DNA of 64,000 bases from Alphaproteobacteria bacterium (GCA_965248915.1 OZ252216.1:1507001-1571000); one strand, 5' to 3'; numbered from the stretch's first letter, positions 49,855 through 61,274 are shown. A program made the numbers and translations. The notes: generated by a model not told the origin, from the sequence alone.

Positions 49855-52442
49855 TAAAGCCCACCTGTGCCGGACTTCAGTTCTGAACCTTCATTCTGCT
49901 CGCCATACTTTTGCAGCGTTGGGTCAAAGGCACCGCCACCGATCACCGCCGGGGCTTCGTTGGTTGGTTCTGTACCAGGCTTGAAGGCTTCCAGAATGAC
50001 CGCACGGTCGCCCGAGCGCGCCAACAGGCCGGTGTCACGATTGATACGCACCAACCGAATACCTTCAGGCGTTCTGAACGGCACCGCTGGCTTGTCACCA
50101 ATAACCTCCCGCATAAACTCTTTAAAGACGGGCGCAGCGACCCTGCCGCCGGTTTCCGCCCGTCCCATGGGGATGGGGGTATCAAAGCCCACAAAGACGC
50201 CGACAGCCAGATCCGGCGCAAAACCTACAAACCAGGCGTCACGTTCTTCATTGGTCGTGCCGGTCTTGCCGGCAAGGGGTTTGCCAATTTCGCGGATCGA
50301 CCGCCCTGTGCCGCGCAACACAACACCCTCTAGCATGGAAACAATTTGAAAAGCGGTGCGTTGATCAATGACCTGACTGCGATTGTCGGTCAATATCGGT
50401 TCCGGTTGATCGGCCCACAGCTCAACAGCACAATCGAAACACACTCGATTGTCCTTTCGGAAAATTGTCTTGCCATCGCGGTCTTGGATACGATCGATCA
50501 AGGTCGGGGTGATCTTCTTACCCCCATTGACCATTTGTGCGTAACCCATTGTCAGGCGCATCAAGGTTGTCTCACCCGCCCCAAGGGCCATTGACAGCAC
50601 CGGCTCCATATTGTCCCGAACACCAAAGCGCGCCGCGTAGTCAACAATCGGTTCCATACCCATTTCTTGCGCAAGGCGAACCGTCATGACATTCCGTGAT
50701 TTCTCGATACCAAGACGCAAAGTTGAGGGGCCATAGAAAGTCGGTGTGTAATTCTTTGGCTTCCACCAACCGAGATTGGCGCCTTGGTCAATGACGAAAG
50801 GCGCATCGAGCACGAGGGTCGACGGTGTATAGCCCTGATCCAATGCAGCCGCGTAGACGAATGGTTTGAACGAAGACCCAGGTTGGCGATAGGCCTGAGT
50901 GGCGCGATTAAACTCGCTATTGGCAAAACTAAACCCGCCAGACAACGCCAAGATCCGCCCTGTGTGGGGATCAATCGCAACGATACCGCCATTCACATCC
51001 GGAATTTGGCGCAAGGCATAATGCGTCGGCTCTTCCACTGGTTCTTGAATCTCAACATCTTCTTCGAGGGCTGCAGCTTGCTCAGCTCTCATATCCGCAA
51101 GTGCAGCAGCGGTTTCTGCACTAATGCCTTCAACCGCATCTGACCCAGTAGCATCTTCTGCCTGATGAGACGCAAAGATGGGCTCGACATAAATCACATC
51201 GCCCGTGGCCAAAACATCTGATGGCGAATTCGGTTCAGCACCAAACCGCTGTCCTTTAATCCACTTACGAGCCCACTTCATTTCAGAAAATGGAATGACG
51301 CCGCGTTGCAAGCCATCCTTGAAGCCAACAATGACATCACTGCCGCTCATGCGAAGGACTACCGCTGGCATCCAGTCATCAATGGCCGGTGGGAGTTCCA
51401 TGGCATCAAGTTGTTCAACCCAGGTCAGTCCTTCCACGTGATTGAAGTCAATCTGCGCCAACGCCCCGCGCCATCCATGGCGGCGATCGTAAGCTTGCAA
51501 CCCATTCCGCAAGGCTGTTACAGCAATCGACTGCATTTCCGTATCGAGCGTGGTCCGAACAGACAAGCCCTCCCCGTAGAGATTTTGATCGCCATAGATT
51601 TCGAAAATCTCACGCCGAACCTCCTCAACAAAGTACTGGGCGTCTTCTGTTTGTGAGCCATGCCGGCGCTCCACCACAACCAATTCTTCGGCCTGGGCTT
51701 CGTCCGCATCTTCCTTGCTCACGTAACCATTCTCGAGCATCCGGTCGACGACCCAGTTACGACGCGCGATAGCGCGATCCGTCTTGCGGGTCGGATGGTA
51801 ATTGTTCGGCGCCTTGGGCAGTGCGGCCATATAGGCGGCTTCCGCCAAGGTCAATTCATCGAGTGCCTTGTCGTAGTAGTTGAGTGCGGCAGCTGCGACC
51901 CCATAAGAGGAAAACCCGAGATAGATTTCATTGAGGTAGAGTTCAAGAATTTCGTCCTTGGTGAAAGCCTGCTCAATTCGAAAGGCAAGAATGGCCTCGC
52001 GAACTTTACGTTCCATCTTTTGATCGCTGCTCAGAAGGAAGTTCTTTGCGACCTGTTGGGTAATGGTCGATGCGCCTTCCATACGCTCATCGTTGAGGTA
52101 GTGATAAACGTTGGCGATGGCGGCTCTGAGAACCCCCATGAAATCGACACCTTTGTGACTGTAAAAATTTTTGTCTTCCGCCGACAAAAACGCGTTGATC
52201 ACATTGTCTGGAATACTTTTCTTGGGAACAAACACCCGGCGCTCACGCGCGAACTCAGCAATGAGGCTTCCGTCGCCTGCATGCACCCGGGTCGTGATGT
52301 CCGGCTCATACTCTGCCAAAACTTGATAATCCGGCAGATCACGGCCCAGTTTGCCCACATAATAGCCGACTATTCCGAGGCAAATGAGTCCCATTATGAC
52401 AAATGCACCAAAGAGATAGGAGAGAATTCTCAATATCGACAT
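49851..52442 (-). CDS. mrcA: Penicillin-binding protein 1A (bifunctional transglycosylase/transpeptidase)
   Basis: GT51 motifs (EDKNFYSHKGVD, RKVRE, GASTITQQ) and transpeptidase SSFKP, SRN, KTGTT; 863 aa. Confidence 0.9.
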   Translation of the reverse strand: MSILRILSYLFGAFVIMGLICLGIVGYYVGKLGRDLPDYQVLAEYEPDITTRVHAGDGSLIAEFARERRVFVPKKSIPDNVINAFLSAEDKNFYSHKGVDFMGVLRAAIANVYHYLNDERMEGASTITQQVAKNFLLSSDQKMERKVREAILAFRIEQAFTKDEILELYLNEIYLGFSSYGVAAAALNYYDKALDELTLAEAAYMAALPKAPNNYHPTRKTDRAIARRNWVVDRMLENGYVSKEDADEAQAEELVVVERRHGSQTEDAQYFVEEVRREIFEIYGDQNLYGEGLSVRTTLDTEMQSIAVTALRNGLQAYDRRHGWRGALAQIDFNHVEGLTWVEQLDAMELPPAIDDWMPAVVLRMSGSDVIVGFKDGLQRGVIPFSEMKWARKWIKGQRFGAEPNSPSDVLATGDVIYVEPIFASHQAEDATGSDAVEGISAETAAALADMRAEQAAALEEDVEIQEPVEEPTHYALRQIPDVNGGIVAIDPHTGRILALSGGFSFANSEFNRATQAYRQPGSSFKPFVYAAALDQGYTPSTLVLDAPFVIDQGANLGWWKPKNYTPTFYGPSTLRLGIEKSRNVMTVRLAQEMGMEPIVDYAARFGVRDNMEPVLSMALGAGETTLMRLTMGYAQMVNGGKKITPTLIDRIQDRDGKTIFRKDNRVCFDCAVELWADQPEPILTDNRSQVIDQRTAFQIVSMLEGVVLRGTGRSIREIGKPLAGKTGTTNEERDAWFVGFAPDLAVGVFVGFDTPIPMGRAETGGRVAAPVFKEFMREVIGDKPAVPFRTPEGIRLVRINRDTGLLARSGDRAVILEAFKPGTEPTNEAPAVIGGGAFDPTLQKYGEQNEGSELKSGTGGLY

Positions 52443-52635
52443 TAGTTCCCCTTGCGGCTGAACAAATCTCGTTTTCGAAAGAAAACCGTTGCTTTATCGC
52501 CGCTGTCAGCAGGGTCCTTCGGACCGTCCACATACCCCACCTTTGAGGTATCACATGCCGCCTCATAGGAAAAGATTAAGGCGTCGAATTGTCGAAAATC
52601 AGGGCCTTGAAAGGCATATTCCGGCCCTATCCGCA

Positions 52636-53880
52636 TTATCGCAGCGCCGCCTGGCGATTGACGTGCAAACCGCCCTTTTCTTCCGACTCAAAATGCTGAT
52701 CAACCGAATCTGCGATCGCCCCCGCGACCTTCTTTCTCCAATTGAGGGACCCAAGGTTCTTTTCATCCTGTCGATTGGACAAATATCCCAGCTCCAGGAG
52801 TACGGAAGGCACATCTGGCGCTTTCAACACGCGAAAACCGGCGAACCGGTGGGTGTTACGCAGCAATCGTGTTTCTTGCGACAGCTCCGGCATCAACACT
52901 TGAGCGAATTGAACGGAGCGATTCATCGTCTCCCGCTGTGACAGCTCAATAAGGATCATCGAGACATCAGCATTTTCATGCCGAAAATCGACCCCTGCGA
53001 TCACGTCCGCCTGGTTCTCCTTCAGTGCAAGCTCACCGGCTTCGCTATCTGAGGCTGTCTCAGAAAGCGTGTAGACCGACGCCCCACGAACGCTGCGGTC
53101 TCTAATTGTGTCTGCATGAAGCGAAATAAAGAGGTCTGCCCGTTCTGCCCGCGCAATTGCCACCCGATCCTTCAAGGAATGGAAGATGTCGTCATCGCGA
53201 GTCATCACAACTTCATATCGACCGCGCCCTTTCAGGCTCTTGGAGACCTGCTTACCCACTGCCAGCGAGATATTTTTCTCGAGGATGCCAGAACGCCCGC
53301 GCGCGCCTGGATCGATGCCACCATGCCCTGGGTCGATCACCACCACATACTTGCCTGTCCGGGTCCTAGGGTCATCAAGAGGGAGTGAAGGCACTGCGGC
53401 ATCATTTGAAGACGATGGCCAGCCGGCGCTTGCTAGAAAGGCATCTCGCCCGATGGTCTTGAGATCCAGAACCAAGCGATAGCCCTTCGGTCCATCCGGT
53501 TTTAGGTTGAAAACGCGGGCGATTTCAGATGGTCCAGTGAGGTCTAAGACCACACGAGAGTTGCCGGGTTTGAAGAGACCAAATCGATAGCCAGCCACCA
53601 AACCCTTTTTGGCCTCGCTTTCTGCAGCTTCGAACTTCCATTTCACTTCTGGCAGATCGATAACCACCCTGTATGGGTCCGCCAACGTGAAGACACGCGG
53701 CTGCACATCGTCACTCATATCTAGGACAAATCGGGTGTATTCCTCGTGTTGGCCAACCCGGATGGACGAAACATCAACACTACCCAAGGCTGCTTTGACA
53801 GGCAGAATTGCTACCATGCAGCCAGCGACGAGCCAGCAACAAGCCCAAGTTTTCGGTCTAAGCCATTGATACGCAAGCAT
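52636..53880 (-). CDS. N-acetylmuramoyl-L-alanine amidase (AmiC-like, Amidase_3) with an N-terminal AMIN-like domain
   Basis: VVIDPGHGGIDPGARG and ISLHAD motifs; 414 aa. Confidence 0.85.
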   Translation of the reverse strand: MLAYQWLRPKTWACCWLVAGCMVAILPVKAALGSVDVSSIRVGQHEEYTRFVLDMSDDVQPRVFTLADPYRVVIDLPEVKWKFEAAESEAKKGLVAGYRFGLFKPGNSRVVLDLTGPSEIARVFNLKPDGPKGYRLVLDLKTIGRDAFLASAGWPSSSNDAAVPSLPLDDPRTRTGKYVVVIDPGHGGIDPGARGRSGILEKNISLAVGKQVSKSLKGRGRYEVVMTRDDDIFHSLKDRVAIARAERADLFISLHADTIRDRSVRGASVYTLSETASDSEAGELALKENQADVIAGVDFRHENADVSMILIELSQRETMNRSVQFAQVLMPELSQETRLLRNTHRFAGFRVLKAPDVPSVLLELGYLSNRQDEKNLGSLNWRKKVAGAIADSVDQHFESEEKGGLHVNRQAALR

Positions 53881-54591
53881 CGACGTCCCACTTCCTAAGC
53901 CATCGAGGTGATCTTAAGATCTACCGGAAAAACAGGAATTCTTCCTTTACATCTCGCAAGTTAACGACCACTTAAGGAAATAATAACCCTTCTTTAGCAG
54001 CCGCCGCTATAGCATAAGGTCAGCTGCCAACGGATCGGCCCTTTCGGTCATTCGACTTGCCTAATAGCAAGAGAAGCGGCTAAAAGACCCTAAGACGTTT
54101 TTTCGTAGCGGCTGGGCCATAGGAAAGCCTGTTTCCCGCTACTTGAGGTAGTAACCTCAGATCGAGTTATTGAGAAGAGACGTTCCCTGGTGCAGAGCCT
54201 TTTGGAGGATTTGCACCCCTTCCCCACCTTTTTCTCGCGAATAAGGTGAGGCCAGAGAAATCACACGTCGTCGCCGACGGAGAAAAAACACCAAGTTGGC
54301 GAGGCGGAATAGCCGGTCTCAATGTTGGATTAACCCGCAAAGAGACCACGTTGGAAATAAGAAGCATGCGGCTCGCACTACTCAAAGCTCCGTTACCGCA
54401 CCTCCCCAGAGGAAGGACGGCAAGTCCTTTCGCGCCCGATTTGGGCCGCGACGGCAACGGATCAAGCTTTTCGCGAAGCACAGCATGTCTCTACCAAACA
54501 TCGCGCTCCTCAATAGCAACCTCCCAATACGTCTCCTCCTTACGGCGACGTACCAGGATGAGGGCTCTTGATAGCGCAGGAGACACATTAC
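53881..54591 (+). promoter_or_regulatory. Long rne 5' leader (candidate autoregulatory UTR)
   Basis: About 710 nt with no convincing ORF directly upstream of rne; GC-rich stretches that can pair. A long structured leader before rne is the usual arrangement in proteobacteria. Confidence 0.5.
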
Positions 54592-57072
54592 ATGGCCAAG
54601 AAAATGCTTATCGACGCGACCCATGCCGAGGAGACCCGGGTGGTAGTCGCGGAAGGTGCCCGTGTTGAAGAGTTCGACTACGAATCTGCGAACAAGAAAC
54701 AACTTCGCGGCAATATCTACCTAGCAAAAGTTACGAGGGTTGAACCTTCACTCCAGGCGGCTTTTGTCGACTATGGTGGGAACCGTCATGGGTTCCTTGC
54801 CTTTTCGGAAATTCATCCAGACTACTATCAAATTCCGGTCGCTGATCGCGAAGCTCTCGCTGCTGCAGAAGCAGAAGAGGATCGACGTGAAGCCGCCATC
54901 GAAGACAACGAAATTGAAGGCGGTCAAGCACCTGAGGAAGTCCCTCAGGAAGCAGAGGACAATCAGCCAGATCTCGGAGAAGAAGATGCTTCTCTTTGGG
55001 GCAAAATGGCCGATCGATCGGAACTCCCTCAAACAGAAGCAAATGATGCGGTTTGGACCAACCTCGTCCAACGCTCTGAAGAACAAGGTGACATTGACGG
55101 CGCCTTGGTTGAGGTAACGAAAAAGAAATCAAAAAAAGAAGACTCAAACGATGAAATCGGCCGTCGCCGTCGTCGTTACGCGCGCCGCTACAAAATTCAA
55201 GAGGTCATCAAGAGACGCCAAGTATTGCTAGTGCAAGTGGTCAAAGAAGAACGCGGCAATAAAGGCGCGGCATTGACCACTTATCTCTCGCTCGCAGGAC
55301 GTTACAGCGTATTGATGCCCAATACCGGTCGAGGCGGTGGCATCTCTCGCAAAATTACCAACATGACTGATCGTCGTCAGTTGAAATCAACAGTGTCAGC
55401 TCTCAATGTTCCTGACGGCATGGGTTTGATCATTCGCACAGCGGGTGCTAATCGAACCAAGGCGGAGATCAAACGAGACTATGAGTACCTTTTAAGGCTC
55501 TGGGAAAGTGTGCGTGACCTGACTTTGCAGTCGTCCGCTCCAGCCCTCGTTTATGAGGAAGGAAGTCTGATCAAAAGGTCGATCCGTGATCTTTACAATC
55601 GCGACATCGACTCGATCTTGGTGGAAGGCGACGAAGGCTACAAAGAGGCCAAGGGCTTCATGAAAATGTTGATCCCCAGCCACGCCAAAAACGTCCAACC
55701 CTATCGAGGCGCAATCCCCCTCTTCCAACGACACCAAGTTGAAACGCAACTCGATTCGATGTTTCACCCCGTGGTCCAATTGAAATCCGGTGGCTACATT
55801 GTTATAAATCCCACCGAAGCTCTTGTCGCAATCGACGTCAATTCAGGCCGCGCCACGCGCGAGCACTCTGTCGAAGATACTGCGCTCAAAACCAATCTCG
55901 AAGCTGTTGAAGAGGTCTCCCGTCAACTCCGGCTCCGCGACCTCGCTGGTCTGATCGTTATTGACCTCATCGATATGGAAGAGCACCGCAATAACCGAGC
56001 TGTGGAGCGCAAACTCAAAGACGGTCTTCGGACCGAACGTGCCCGTATTCAGGTTGGACGCATCAGCTCCTTCGGATTGTTGGAGATGTCGCGGCAACGC
56101 CTTCGCTCCGGACTTCACGAAGGCAGCACTGTGACCTGCCCTCATTGCGAAGGCACTGGCCTGGTGAAATCGGTCGAGTCATCTGCCCTGTCATGCTTGC
56201 GGGCGCTGGAGGAAGAAGGCATCCAAGCCCGGACGGCGACATGCACACTTAAAGCGCCAACGGAAGTTTCGCTTTATCTTTTGAATCAAAAGCGCGCCGA
56301 AATTTCACGCATCGAAAACACCTATCAATTGGCGGTGTCCATCGAAATGGACGAGGCGATGTTATCCAATGACTTTGAACTTCAAAGAGGCGAGGCACTA
56401 TCCGAAGAAAAGGCCAGCCTTGTTCAAGAAGTCGTGAGCTTCGAAAGCGGGTTTGTGGAAGAAAGCGATAACGACGCTCCAGCAAGTTCAGCCGAAAATA
56501 CCGACGAGGCAGCAGCAAAAGAACCGCGCAAGCGGCGACGTCGCCGTGGAGGACGTCGCAAGGACACCACTGAAGACAACCAAAGACTACAATCCGAAGA
56601 GTCGGACACTCCAGCTGAAGCAGATAAGCCGGTGAGCGCGGAAGCAGATAGCAACGAACTCAATGGCGTCGCGGTTGATGGTGATGAAGAAAAACCGAAG
56701 CGTCGCCGCCGCAGAGGCCGTCGCGGTGGACGTCGCAATCGCCGCCCAGAAGATGCAAGCGAAACTGAAGCAACAGGGAACGACGACAAACCTGCGCAAC
56801 AAGCCTCCGAGTCAAATGAGCCGGAGAGCCCTGTAGAGGTAGACGCCGGACCAACAGCCCCTGATCCAATCGTGATCGACATTGCCGAAAAGGTCGTTGA
56901 AAAGCCCAAACGCAAACGAGCACCCAGAAACGGGTCCAAAGAAAACACGCCAAAAGCGGCTGAAGCGCCAGCCGAACCGGAACTGGTCGAGACTGTGGTT
57001 TCCGAAGCGCCCATTCCTGAAAAATCTGATCAGCCGACACGTAAGGGTTGGTGGCAAAAACGTTCCGATTAG
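54592..57072 (+). CDS. rne: Ribonuclease E
   Basis: MAKKMLIDATHAEETRVVV (S1/RNase E-G catalytic N-terminal half), zinc-link CPHCEGTG, Arg-rich C-terminal scaffold (RKRRRRRGGRR). A gcaggag RBS precedes the ATG at 54592. Confidence 0.9.
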   Translation: MAKKMLIDATHAEETRVVVAEGARVEEFDYESANKKQLRGNIYLAKVTRVEPSLQAAFVDYGGNRHGFLAFSEIHPDYYQIPVADREALAAAEAEEDRREAAIEDNEIEGGQAPEEVPQEAEDNQPDLGEEDASLWGKMADRSELPQTEANDAVWTNLVQRSEEQGDIDGALVEVTKKKSKKEDSNDEIGRRRRRYARRYKIQEVIKRRQVLLVQVVKEERGNKGAALTTYLSLAGRYSVLMPNTGRGGGISRKITNMTDRRQLKSTVSALNVPDGMGLIIRTAGANRTKAEIKRDYEYLLRLWESVRDLTLQSSAPALVYEEGSLIKRSIRDLYNRDIDSILVEGDEGYKEAKGFMKMLIPSHAKNVQPYRGAIPLFQRHQVETQLDSMFHPVVQLKSGGYIVINPTEALVAIDVNSGRATREHSVEDTALKTNLEAVEEVSRQLRLRDLAGLIVIDLIDMEEHRNNRAVERKLKDGLRTERARIQVGRISSFGLLEMSRQRLRSGLHEGSTVTCPHCEGTGLVKSVESSALSCLRALEEEGIQARTATCTLKAPTEVSLYLLNQKRAEISRIENTYQLAVSIEMDEAMLSNDFELQRGEALSEEKASLVQEVVSFESGFVEESDNDAPASSAENTDEAAAKEPRKRRRRRGGRRKDTTEDNQRLQSEESDTPAEADKPVSAEADSNELNGVAVDGDEEKPKRRRRRGRRGGRRNRRPEDASETEATGNDDKPAQQASESNEPESPVEVDAGPTAPDPIVIDIAEKVVEKPKRKRAPRNGSKENTPKAAEAPAEPELVETVVSEAPIPEKSDQPTRKGWWQKRSD

Positions 57073-57075
57073 CCC

Positions 57076-58113
57076 CTACCACTTTGTAGCGATGGACACT
57101 GCGGCGAACTTATGCGGCGCCCTCTGTCCATCGAATTCTTCTGATCGAACAATATAGGTGTAAGAAATCTGCACTTGCTCATATTGCAAGACCAATCCCG
57201 CTTGCGCTTCCCCGACCCAGGGTCGTCTACCAACGCTCGCACTATCAACCCACGTATTGCCATCTAAGAAGATATTGCGGGCAACGGCGCGCCCGCCAAT
57301 ACCAGTAAACAAATACCAATTGAACCCACTGCCCTCTTCAAAATAACTTGCACCTGCCAAAGAAGGACGTATCCGGGGTGGCACGTAGTCCCGGCTTAGA
57401 TCCTTCCCAAATCGCGCCACAAGACCGACATTGGCCTGGGTCATAACATTGCCCAGGCTAAAGCCAAGGCTCGGCATGATGTCCGCCTGCAGATTCCCCT
57501 CGCTGTCGACATCGACCGCATCTGGGCGCCAGATTCTCTGATACCAAAGGTTCAAGCCGAATTCATCTTTGAGCTGATAATCCCATCCTTTAGGATCATT
57601 GGTATCAATCAATTCATGGAAATTTCGCTGCACATATTCCCCACCTGCGCTCGGACCCACGACGCCAAGATCAACGGCAACCATATCAAGAACGCCACTG
57701 GCTTCATGTTCTGCGACCAATGAAAGAGACAGATAGAGCCACCCAGCATAGGGGTGTTGATCAGGTGGTGGTGGTACGGTCTGAATGTCGTCTGGTGTGA
57801 AAATCGAGTGGCCTAAAGAAACACCGGCATGGACGTGATGATCCGCCCCAAGCCAATCAGGCACCCTCCCGATAGACTTTTTGAACAAGTCAGGAACCGC
57901 TCCTTTCGGTGTCAGATAACTTATGCGGAGGCCATTTGTGTAGTTCTGGTCTGTGTCAGACAGAACATCATTTTCTACGACAATTGAGATGGTTCCCTTA
58001 TCCGCCATCGCTTCCGGGGCAGCCAGAACCAACAGCCCGCACAAACAAAGTGCGAGAACGCCATTTCTCCGTTGAGACTTAAGATTTGCCGGGTTGATGT
58101 TTGGCATCCCCAA
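57076..58113 (-). CDS. Lipid A deacylase LpxR-family (DUF2219) outer-membrane protein
   Basis: Signal peptide, then VVENDVLSDTDQNYTNGLRISY, the characteristic LpxR N-terminal motif. Confidence 0.6.
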   Translation of the reverse strand: MGMPNINPANLKSQRRNGVLALCLCGLLVLAAPEAMADKGTISIVVENDVLSDTDQNYTNGLRISYLTPKGAVPDLFKKSIGRVPDWLGADHHVHAGVSLGHSIFTPDDIQTVPPPPDQHPYAGWLYLSLSLVAEHEASGVLDMVAVDLGVVGPSAGGEYVQRNFHELIDTNDPKGWDYQLKDEFGLNLWYQRIWRPDAVDVDSEGNLQADIMPSLGFSLGNVMTQANVGLVARFGKDLSRDYVPPRIRPSLAGASYFEEGSGFNWYLFTGIGGRAVARNIFLDGNTWVDSASVGRRPWVGEAQAGLVLQYEQVQISYTYIVRSEEFDGQRAPHKFAAVSIATKW

Positions 58114-58140
58114 CCCCCGATATCTTCTCAGCCCACGCTG

Positions 58141-59646
58141 CTACTTACGTGTCGCCTCCAAAGCCAGCCCATTGCCTCGCGGATCAGCTCCATAATGGCA
58201 TTCACGAACAACACCTTCGTCGCTACGACTGCATGTCATGGCATTGACCGGTGACGCAGAACTTGAGCCACTTTCAGCCAAAGCTGAACTGAGATCTTCT
58301 TGCGTACTCATGGCACCCAGATTGAGCACTTCGACGACATCTTCGATCGCTGTTTGATTGCCAGCGCTAGAGCCAACAAATGCAGGCAGCCCATCTGGGC
58401 GGGCTAGTGCAATCACCGGTGCGAGATAAGAATAAACCGTGTCCTCTTCTCCGGCACTTCCCAAAATCTCATTGACCATGCGAGCAGTCAAATATCCCGC
58501 GCCTTTGACGTTGCGCGCCCCTTCCGACGGAAGAGCGTAAAAAATACCCGTCTCTCTCGACTTACCGCCATATCCAAAGGCCCCGTTCATTGTCAACGCG
58601 CAGGAAACGCTTCGACCTCGAGCATCAATCACGAGAAAACTCGTTGTTCCAGCCTCGATGTGTTTTTGATTTTCGGGCAACTGATCGGTCAAGCTCTCAC
58701 CTTGAAGAGCGGTAGTCCAGACATCTCGCATTCTCTCATCTTCAAGCGCAGTAAAAACGCGTAATCCACTGCTTGAGACCATGTCGGCAAGCCGAACCCG
58801 AACCTTGTAATTGCGGAGATCCTGCTCAGTAATCGTACCGCCTTCTTTTGCAGCATTGGCAACAAAGGCCTTCCCGAGCGCACCTCGATAGAAACCGTCC
58901 TCACCTGCGTACTGGATAAGGCCTATCGAAGTGGCGATCTCTTTTTGCACGATGTAGTGCCCAACAGAGATCTTACCTTTTCCCGTACGGTCAAATGTCT
59001 CAACAGCAGATCGATTGTCTTGAGCAGCGTCAATCTGATTGGCGAGTGCCTGCGAAACAACAGTGCCTTTCCCGGCCATGTATCCAGATGGGCCGACCAA
59101 ATCGACCCATTTAAGATTTCCGTGACGGTCATGAAGATTTGCAAACCCGGCAATGTTCCCTGGCACAGCAATTGGTCCACGTCGTGCAGGCGATGAGGGT
59201 CGAAAATCGATGACCTCAACCTGAGGACTGTTGGGGCCCCGGTAAAGACACATGCCTCCGCCACCAAGGCTCGCGGCACCTGGATAGGTCACTGACAATG
59301 CAAAATAGAGGGCTGTTGCGGCATCCGCAGCATTTCCACCTGTTTCCAGGATAGACCGCGCGATTAAAGCTGCTTGAGGCTCGTCAGCTGAGACAATTCC
59401 ATAGAATCGGTCAAGATCGGCAACCGTGCCCACACCATCTGAGGGACTTTCAACAACGGTCTTCGCCTCTTCCTTGCTCCACGGCACGAGGATCGATGGG
59501 ATCTTGGGCAATCGTTGCGGCAAACCACAGCCAGTCGCCATCACCCCAACGGCAGTGGTTAGCACCAAAAATCGCAGTTTTGAGCCGATTTCATCAGACA
59601 TAGAACTGCCGGATTTGTTCGATAAGATCCGTTTCACAATATTCAT
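58141..59646 (-). CDS. Gamma-glutamyltransferase-family (Ntn hydrolase) lipoprotein
   Basis: GGNAADAATA motif and the GTTSF threonine-nucleophile segment; signal plus lipobox (TGCGLP). Confidence 0.65.
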   Translation of the reverse strand: MNIVKRILSNKSGSSMSDEIGSKLRFLVLTTAVGVMATGCGLPQRLPKIPSILVPWSKEEAKTVVESPSDGVGTVADLDRFYGIVSADEPQAALIARSILETGGNAADAATALYFALSVTYPGAASLGGGGMCLYRGPNSPQVEVIDFRPSSPARRGPIAVPGNIAGFANLHDRHGNLKWVDLVGPSGYMAGKGTVVSQALANQIDAAQDNRSAVETFDRTGKGKISVGHYIVQKEIATSIGLIQYAGEDGFYRGALGKAFVANAAKEGGTITEQDLRNYKVRVRLADMVSSSGLRVFTALEDERMRDVWTTALQGESLTDQLPENQKHIEAGTTSFLVIDARGRSVSCALTMNGAFGYGGKSRETGIFYALPSEGARNVKGAGYLTARMVNEILGSAGEEDTVYSYLAPVIALARPDGLPAFVGSSAGNQTAIEDVVEVLNLGAMSTQEDLSSALAESGSSSASPVNAMTCSRSDEGVVRECHYGADPRGNGLALEATRK

Positions 59647-59828
59647 GGAGCTCCCAAATTCGTTACTGGGCCGTAAGTTGACGTTTAAAAGTGCCCCTCG
59701 TACCCTGGCCAGCGCTAGTTTGATGGACAGGTCACAAGTTGCCCGGATGTCTTATTCCCGACACTGGACCGAATTGGTAGCAGAAGTTACGAGTAGGGAC
59801 CAAGCCCTACCTTGCACAGGAGGCCGAT

Positions 59829-61274
59829 TTGGCACTCAAAGAGTTAATGCGTAAGGCCGCCCTATCCCGTTTCGGCCATAAATTGTGCCATATCCTCGCG
59901 GCCGTTGGCATTGCCGCATTTGCAATCACCTCAACCGCACAAGCGCAAATCTCAACCATTCGGGATGCCGAGATTGAGACGCTGCTGCGGGAATACACCG
60001 ATCCAATCCTTGTTGCTGCAGGCTTGGACCCTAACTCGGTGAATATCTACATCGTCAATGACCCAACGTTGAATGCCTTCGTCGCCGGCGGCCAGAATAT
60101 CTTCTTTCATACTGGCCTCATTGTGGCCGCTGACACGCCAAACGAACTCATCGGCGTCGCCGCCCATGAAACCGGCCACATGTCAGGCGGTCATCTCGCC
60201 CGAATGAGCGACGGTCTGGGCGCCGCAAAAATGCCCTTGTATCTGGGATTGGGTCTTGGCCTGATTGCGTTGGCTGCTGGCTCCCCGGAAGCCGGAATGG
60301 CCTTGATCGCTGGCGGTCAACACATCGCGACGATGGAAATGCTGGCCTACACGCGCGTCCAAGAATCAGCCGCCGATCAAGCAGCTGTTGGGTTTCTCAC
60401 CAAGACCGGACAATCCGCAAATGGACTCATTGGATTCTTTAACAAGTTTCGTTATCAAGAAACCATGAGTGAGGCACGCAGATACCCCTACTGGCGCACT
60501 CACCCCCTCTCCGCCGACCGGATCGCAGCTTTGAGACAACGTGTGGGCGAAACACCCTATGCAGATGTGAAAGACAGTAAGGAAAGCGCCTATCGATTTA
60601 GAATGGCAAAAGCCAAGCTATACGGTTTTCTCGACAACCCAGACGTCGCGCTGAGAAGATTTCCGCAGAGCAACAAATCACGGCCAGCTAAGTACGCCCG
60701 CTCCGTCGCCTATTTCCGTTCGGGTCACATCGACAAAGCAATTGGCGAATTGGATGACCTCATCGAAGCGGAGCCGAACAATCCTTACTTCCACGAGTTA
60801 AAGGGTCAGATCCTTTTTGAGAGTGGCCGAATTGCCGAGTCCATCCCAGAGCATGAATTGGCAATCAAATTGGCGCCGACACAGGCGCTTCTCAGAGTGA
60901 ACCTCGCTCAAGCATACATCGCTCAACCTGGTGCGGAACAGAATGTTGAGACAAATCAGGCCGCACAAGAACAATTGAAAATCGCGCTCAACATGGACGA
61001 CCAGATACCGTTTGCCTATCACCAGTTGGCCATCACGCACGCCAGACAAGGCGATCCGGGCCTCGCGGATCTCGCAACGGCAGAGCGGTTCTATCGCACT
61101 GGTCAGATGACCGAAGCCGCCACTTTTGCGTCCAGGGCGAAAGACAAACTTAAGAAAAACACGCCACAATGGAATCGTGCCATCGACATATTGAATGTGG
61201 CCATGATCCAACGCGAACAGCAAGGTAGGCGGCGCCAACTTTCATTTACAACCTCACTAAGTGAAGAACGGTAA
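59829..61274 (+). CDS. M48-family metallopeptidase with C-terminal TPR repeats (BepA/YfgC-like)
   Basis: HETGHMSGGH (HExxH) zinc motif plus downstream ...ESAADQ; TPR-like C-terminal half. Signal peptide. Confidence 0.8.
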   Translation: MALKELMRKAALSRFGHKLCHILAAVGIAAFAITSTAQAQISTIRDAEIETLLREYTDPILVAAGLDPNSVNIYIVNDPTLNAFVAGGQNIFFHTGLIVAADTPNELIGVAAHETGHMSGGHLARMSDGLGAAKMPLYLGLGLGLIALAAGSPEAGMALIAGGQHIATMEMLAYTRVQESAADQAAVGFLTKTGQSANGLIGFFNKFRYQETMSEARRYPYWRTHPLSADRIAALRQRVGETPYADVKDSKESAYRFRMAKAKLYGFLDNPDVALRRFPQSNKSRPAKYARSVAYFRSGHIDKAIGELDDLIEAEPNNPYFHELKGQILFESGRIAESIPEHELAIKLAPTQALLRVNLAQAYIAQPGAEQNVETNQAAQEQLKIALNMDDQIPFAYHQLAITHARQGDPGLADLATAERFYRTGQMTEAATFASRAKDKLKKNTPQWNRAIDILNVAMIQREQQGRRRQLSFTTSLSEER

